A stretch of 64,000 bases of DNA, taken from contig JBAZSW010000002.1 in assembly GCA_041662245.1 (NCBI GenBank), positions 11,835 to 75,834 of the forward strand. Reading direction: 5' to 3'. Within the stretch, counting starts at the first letter, position 1. Every line of letters begins with the position of its first letter. The notes beneath the pieces were generated by a model that was given only the letters and a program-made list of their open reading frames with translations, did no database searches and was not told where the DNA came from. The DNA comes from Parcubacteria group bacterium. Lineage in GTDB: Bacteria; Patescibacteriota; Minisyncoccia; Moranbacterales; UBA9337. Of the stretch, positions 60,670 through 64,000 are shown piece by piece. The translations under genes and the position numbers were made by a program.

Positions 60670-60818
60670 GAACTGGTAGCGAGTAGAGAATTTATTTCCC
60701 AAAAAAGTTTCTTTTTCCCCGGCTTTTCGTTTCACACAGTAGCTACAAAAAAGAATCCTTTTTCGGTAAATAAATTCAACGTTATAGTATTGAAATAGTT
60801 TTTACTCGATACCGCTTA
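60670..60818 (+). mobile_element. 149-bp MITE-like structured element, copy 3
   Basis: Identical copy; 3-bp flanking duplication TAT/TAT; 10 bp after TTGCTT-17-TAAACT. Confidence 0.88.
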
Positions 60819-60853
60819 TATTAAAAAATAAATTATTTAAATTTTTAAAAAAT

Positions 60854-61477
60854 ATGACTGAAGAAAAGATGCATCCTAAAAAAGAAAGAACCCTAGTTAT
60901 TATCAAGCCAGATGGAGTACAGAGAACTTTGATTGGAGAAATTATCAAAAGATATGAGCGCGTGGGACTTAAACTGATGGGGTTAAAAATGCTTATTCCA
61001 ACTGAGGAAATGGCGATTAAGCATTATTACGAAGTAGGGGGCGATGCTTGGCTGGAAGAGGTGGGAAGAAAAGCTTCGGCTTCTTATGAAAAGAAAGGGC
61101 TAAAATCACCTTTCGCAACTTTCAAGGACAATGGAATAGCCATTATGAACGCCAATGCTAAATATTTAAGCTCAGGTCCTGTAATTGCAATGATTTGGGA
61201 GGGCAATCAAGCTGTGGCTTTGGTACGAAAAATTACAGGAGGAACAGAACCTTTATCATCTGACATGGGAACTATTCGCGGAGATTTTACCTTGGATACT
61301 TACCAGATGGCGGATGTCGATCAGCGAAGTATTCGAAATTTAATTCATGCTTCAGGTCTTGTGGAAGAGGCGGAAAAAGAAATTCCAATTTGGTTTAGCG
61401 AAGGTGAAATTTTAACTTATCGATTAATTCAAGATGAAATTTTATATGACGTTAATCTTGATGGCATACTTGAATAG
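60854..61477 (+). CDS. ndk: nucleoside diphosphate kinase (long form)
   Basis: ERTLVIIKPDGVQR, GTIRGD, NLIHAS. Confidence 0.95.
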   Translation: MTEEKMHPKKERTLVIIKPDGVQRTLIGEIIKRYERVGLKLMGLKMLIPTEEMAIKHYYEVGGDAWLEEVGRKASASYEKKGLKSPFATFKDNGIAIMNANAKYLSSGPVIAMIWEGNQAVALVRKITGGTEPLSSDMGTIRGDFTLDTYQMADVDQRSIRNLIHASGLVEEAEKEIPIWFSEGEILTYRLIQDEILYDVNLDGILE

Positions 61478-61848
61478 TATATTCTAAAAAATATTTTTAT
61501 AAACTTAAAAACCCTTTATTTTAAAGGGTTTTTTGCTTTTTATAAAAAAAGTATAAGTATATACTTAAGTACTTACCTAAGTAAGTACTTAAATATAAAT
61601 TTAAAAATGAGTGAATTGAAATCTCACTGTGTATAAATTTTTTAAGTATCCCAGTTATTTAACGGGGCACGCAAAAATTTATTTGGGCGAGATGCTACAA
61701 CGTTGGCATATTGTAATTTGCAGATTTATATTAATACAAAAATGCTAACGTGTTAGAATATCAATATAATTTTTTCTTGCATTTTTTTTTATTTATCTTT
61801 ACCATAGGGATAATGTCAAAAAGAATAAATTTTAAAAAATATCATTTT

Positions 61849-62559
61849 ATGGATAAAATTAATCTTCCCAATCACGTGGTGATAATTCCCGATGGTAACA
61901 GGCGTTGGGCAAAAGAAAGAGATCTTAAACCTTGGAAGGGGCATGTAGCAGGCGCAGATCGGATTGAAGAGTTGGTGAGAAAAGCTCTAAAAATGAAAAT
62001 TAAAAATATTTCTTTTTGGGGATCATCAATGGATAATCTTAAAAAAAGACCGCTAATGGAAAAAAAAGCACTTTTGAGTATCTATGAAAAGTATTTTAAA
62101 AAGCTTATGGATAGTGAGGAAATTCATGAAAACGAAGCAAAAATTAATATTATTGGTCGTTGGAAGGAACAGTTTCCAGAAAGTTTAAAAAAAATTTTAG
62201 AGCAGGGAATGGAAAAAACTAAGAATTATAAAAATTATAATTTAAATTTCTTTTTAGCTTATAATGGTGATGATGAAATGTTGGAAGCGATCAAAAAAAT
62301 ATCAGCTAAAATTGGAACCAGCACAAAAAACATTACTGCTAATTTGGTGAAAGAAAATTTGATGACTAAAAATTTACCTGCAGTGGACTTTCTCATCAGA
62401 ACTGGAGGCGAGCCACATCTCTCGACAGGATTTTTGATGTGGGATTTGGCTAATGCGCAACTTTATTTTTCCAAGAAATTATTTCCCAATTTTACCAAGA
62501 AAGATTTTGAGAAAGCAATTTTAAATTTCTCTCAAAGAGGGAGAAGGTTGGGAAAATAA
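61849..62559 (+). CDS. uppS: undecaprenyl diphosphate synthase
   Basis: HVVIIPDGNRRWA, S..N.., IRTGGE..LS.FL.W; start could be 61813. Confidence 0.92.
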   Translation: MDKINLPNHVVIIPDGNRRWAKERDLKPWKGHVAGADRIEELVRKALKMKIKNISFWGSSMDNLKKRPLMEKKALLSIYEKYFKKLMDSEEIHENEAKINIIGRWKEQFPESLKKILEQGMEKTKNYKNYNLNFFLAYNGDDEMLEAIKKISAKIGTSTKNITANLVKENLMTKNLPAVDFLIRTGGEPHLSTGFLMWDLANAQLYFSKKLFPNFTKKDFEKAILNFSQRGRRLGK

Positions 62560-62981
62560 AATGGATAGCCCATGATGTTTTTAAAGTTTGTAAAGTCAAA
62601 GAAAATAATAAAATTACAAATTTGGAAATTTAAGATTTTGGGAATTTGATTCTTGAATTCTTAACGTTTTTTTAAATTTTTGAGATAGAGAATAATTCAA
62701 TAATTAAACAATTTTATTTGTTTTTTGAATAAAGCCTTTAGACAAGGGCTTTTTTGTTTTTGAGTTCGCTTCAAACGGGAATATTTTAAGTGATTTTTGA
62801 TTAAAAAATGAGTAGAAAAATGATGTTAAAAAACGGTATTTTTTTATCCACATTTTTGACGAAAAAAGACTTGGAGGTTTTTAGAAAAAGGTGTATAATT
62901 TAAAAGTAAATTTGTAATCTATAAATTGGATAAAAAGCCTTTAGTTTATTAAGTTTTTTAAGCTAAAATTTATAAGATTTA

Positions 62982-63692
62982 ATGGATGAAAAAATCGAAA
63001 ATAATAGCGAAAAAAAATCCAAAAAAAAGAGGATTCTATTTTGGATTATTTTACTGTTATTTTTGCTTACCGGAGCGATGATTATCTGGGTTGTAAATAG
63101 CCGACAAAAAAACAGCGCAGAAGTCGACAATCAAACTGAGAATATCGCGACCGATACAGCCAATGATAATCAAGCGACAAAAGATGTAAATGATAGTTCA
63201 AGCAATGATGAAAGCAGCGCTACAATTGCAGATACTGCCAATAACGACAAGGCAATGGTTAGTGAAAATTATAAAGTCACCCAAGTAAAATTTGGCGGTA
63301 GTACGATAATGGATAATGGCAAACCACTAAATCTGCCTTTGGAAATTTATCAGGTAAAAAGTGAAACTATAATTTCTCAGGAGGACAATGAACCGAGAAT
63401 ATTAATCACTTGGAAGACAAACAAAGAAGCTGTTTCAAATGTGAATTATGCTAAAAGTGATGGGAAGGATGCTATAAATATTACAGAGGAGGGCTATGGA
63501 TTTGAACACAGTATGCTTTTGAAGAATATGGAATTTTCAACAATTTATACTTACCGAATTGAAGCCAGGGATAAATGGGGAAATAAATTTGATACGGAAT
63601 ATTTTAGCGCTTATACGGGTGACAAAACAGCATCGATTTTTGATTTAATAACCAATGCAGTGGAAGATGTCTTTGGATGGGCGATGAAATAA
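62982..63692 (+). CDS. membrane-anchored protein with fibronectin type III-like domain
   Basis: TM, low-complexity linker, ITWKTN...S.V.Y...H...L......Y.Y. Confidence 0.7.
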   Translation: MDEKIENNSEKKSKKKRILFWIILLLFLLTGAMIIWVVNSRQKNSAEVDNQTENIATDTANDNQATKDVNDSSSNDESSATIADTANNDKAMVSENYKVTQVKFGGSTIMDNGKPLNLPLEIYQVKSETIISQEDNEPRILITWKTNKEAVSNVNYAKSDGKDAINITEEGYGFEHSMLLKNMEFSTIYTYRIEARDKWGNKFDTEYFSAYTGDKTASIFDLITNAVEDVFGWAMK

Positions 63693-63756
63693 AATTCGGT
63701 TAGGAAAAAGAAAAAAAGTTTATAAAAAAATAAAAAATAAAACCAACTAAATAAAG

Positions 63757-64000
63757 ATGTTATTAGTTGAAAAAAATAAAATTCGGGTGTTAATTTTCGC
63801 TACAATTTGTACATTGTTGGCTGGTTTTGTTTTTGGTTTAAGGGAAGTTGACGCTCAATCAACCGACAGTGAATTGCTGGATGTTTCAGCCTATATTTCC
63901 AATCAAGATAGCAAGGAAGTGCTTAACGGAAAATATAAAATAAGATTTGCTATTTATACTTCCGACAGAACTGAAAGTGATCCATATCCATCAGATAGCG
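63757..64000 (+). CDS. 5' end of a secreted protein, truncated by the window edge
   Basis: Open to the end: MLLVEKNKIRVLIFATICTLLAGFVFGLREVDAQ... (signal peptide), NGKYKIRFAIY. Confidence 0.65.
   Translation, partial: MLLVEKNKIRVLIFATICTLLAGFVFGLREVDAQSTDSELLDVSAYISNQDSKEVLNGKYKIRFAIYTSDRTESDPYPSDS

Noticed and set aside
44372-60818. 149-bp repeats as a CRISPR array or integron attC sites
   Set aside because: Copies are 6-10 kb apart with no repeat-spacer pattern or cas genes. A GTTATAG is present but no complementary RYYYAAC box, and the flanking genes are housekeeping.
1-64000. Alternative genetic code (UGA=Gly)
   Set aside because: Conserved genes are full length under code 11, and several end in TGA (dnaB, PMM/PGM, recJ).

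Overview
AT-rich bacterial chromosome segment using genetic code 11 (TGA is a stop, e.g. dnaB). Gene content and style point to Patescibacteria/CPR (Parcubacteria-like, possibly Moranbacteria; inference): most core genes lack Shine-Dalgarno sites, and the window has an alpha2-type GlyRS, a sigma-r4/HARE-HTH protein, a VirD4-like ATPase, VanW and an ADP-forming acetate-CoA ligase. Most of it is housekeeping: scpAB, a D,D-carboxypeptidase, murG/C/B, hpf, rplU, recR, dnaB, groES, fmt/def, a glycosylation cluster, rodA, rplY, tRNA-Arg(TCT), tRNA-Lys(CTT), valS, tsaD, mltG, glyQS, typA, PMM/PGM, recJ, ndk and uppS. The unusual signals are mostly intergenic. (1) Three identical 149-bp, highly structured MITE-like elements with 3-bp target duplications, two inserted just behind predicted promoters, plus a diverged relative with compensatory stem changes. 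(2) An orphan ~190-nt structured RNA candidate with its own promoter and terminator after groES. (3) A very short T-box riboswitch before glyQS. (4) A 114-bp 'empty island' scar at tRNA-Arg next to an IS3-like end. (5) Many degenerate 7-9-bp tandem arrays, often in inverted pairs around promoters. No CRISPR array, rRNA, integrase or transposase was seen. All calls come from reading the sequence; no searches were run.
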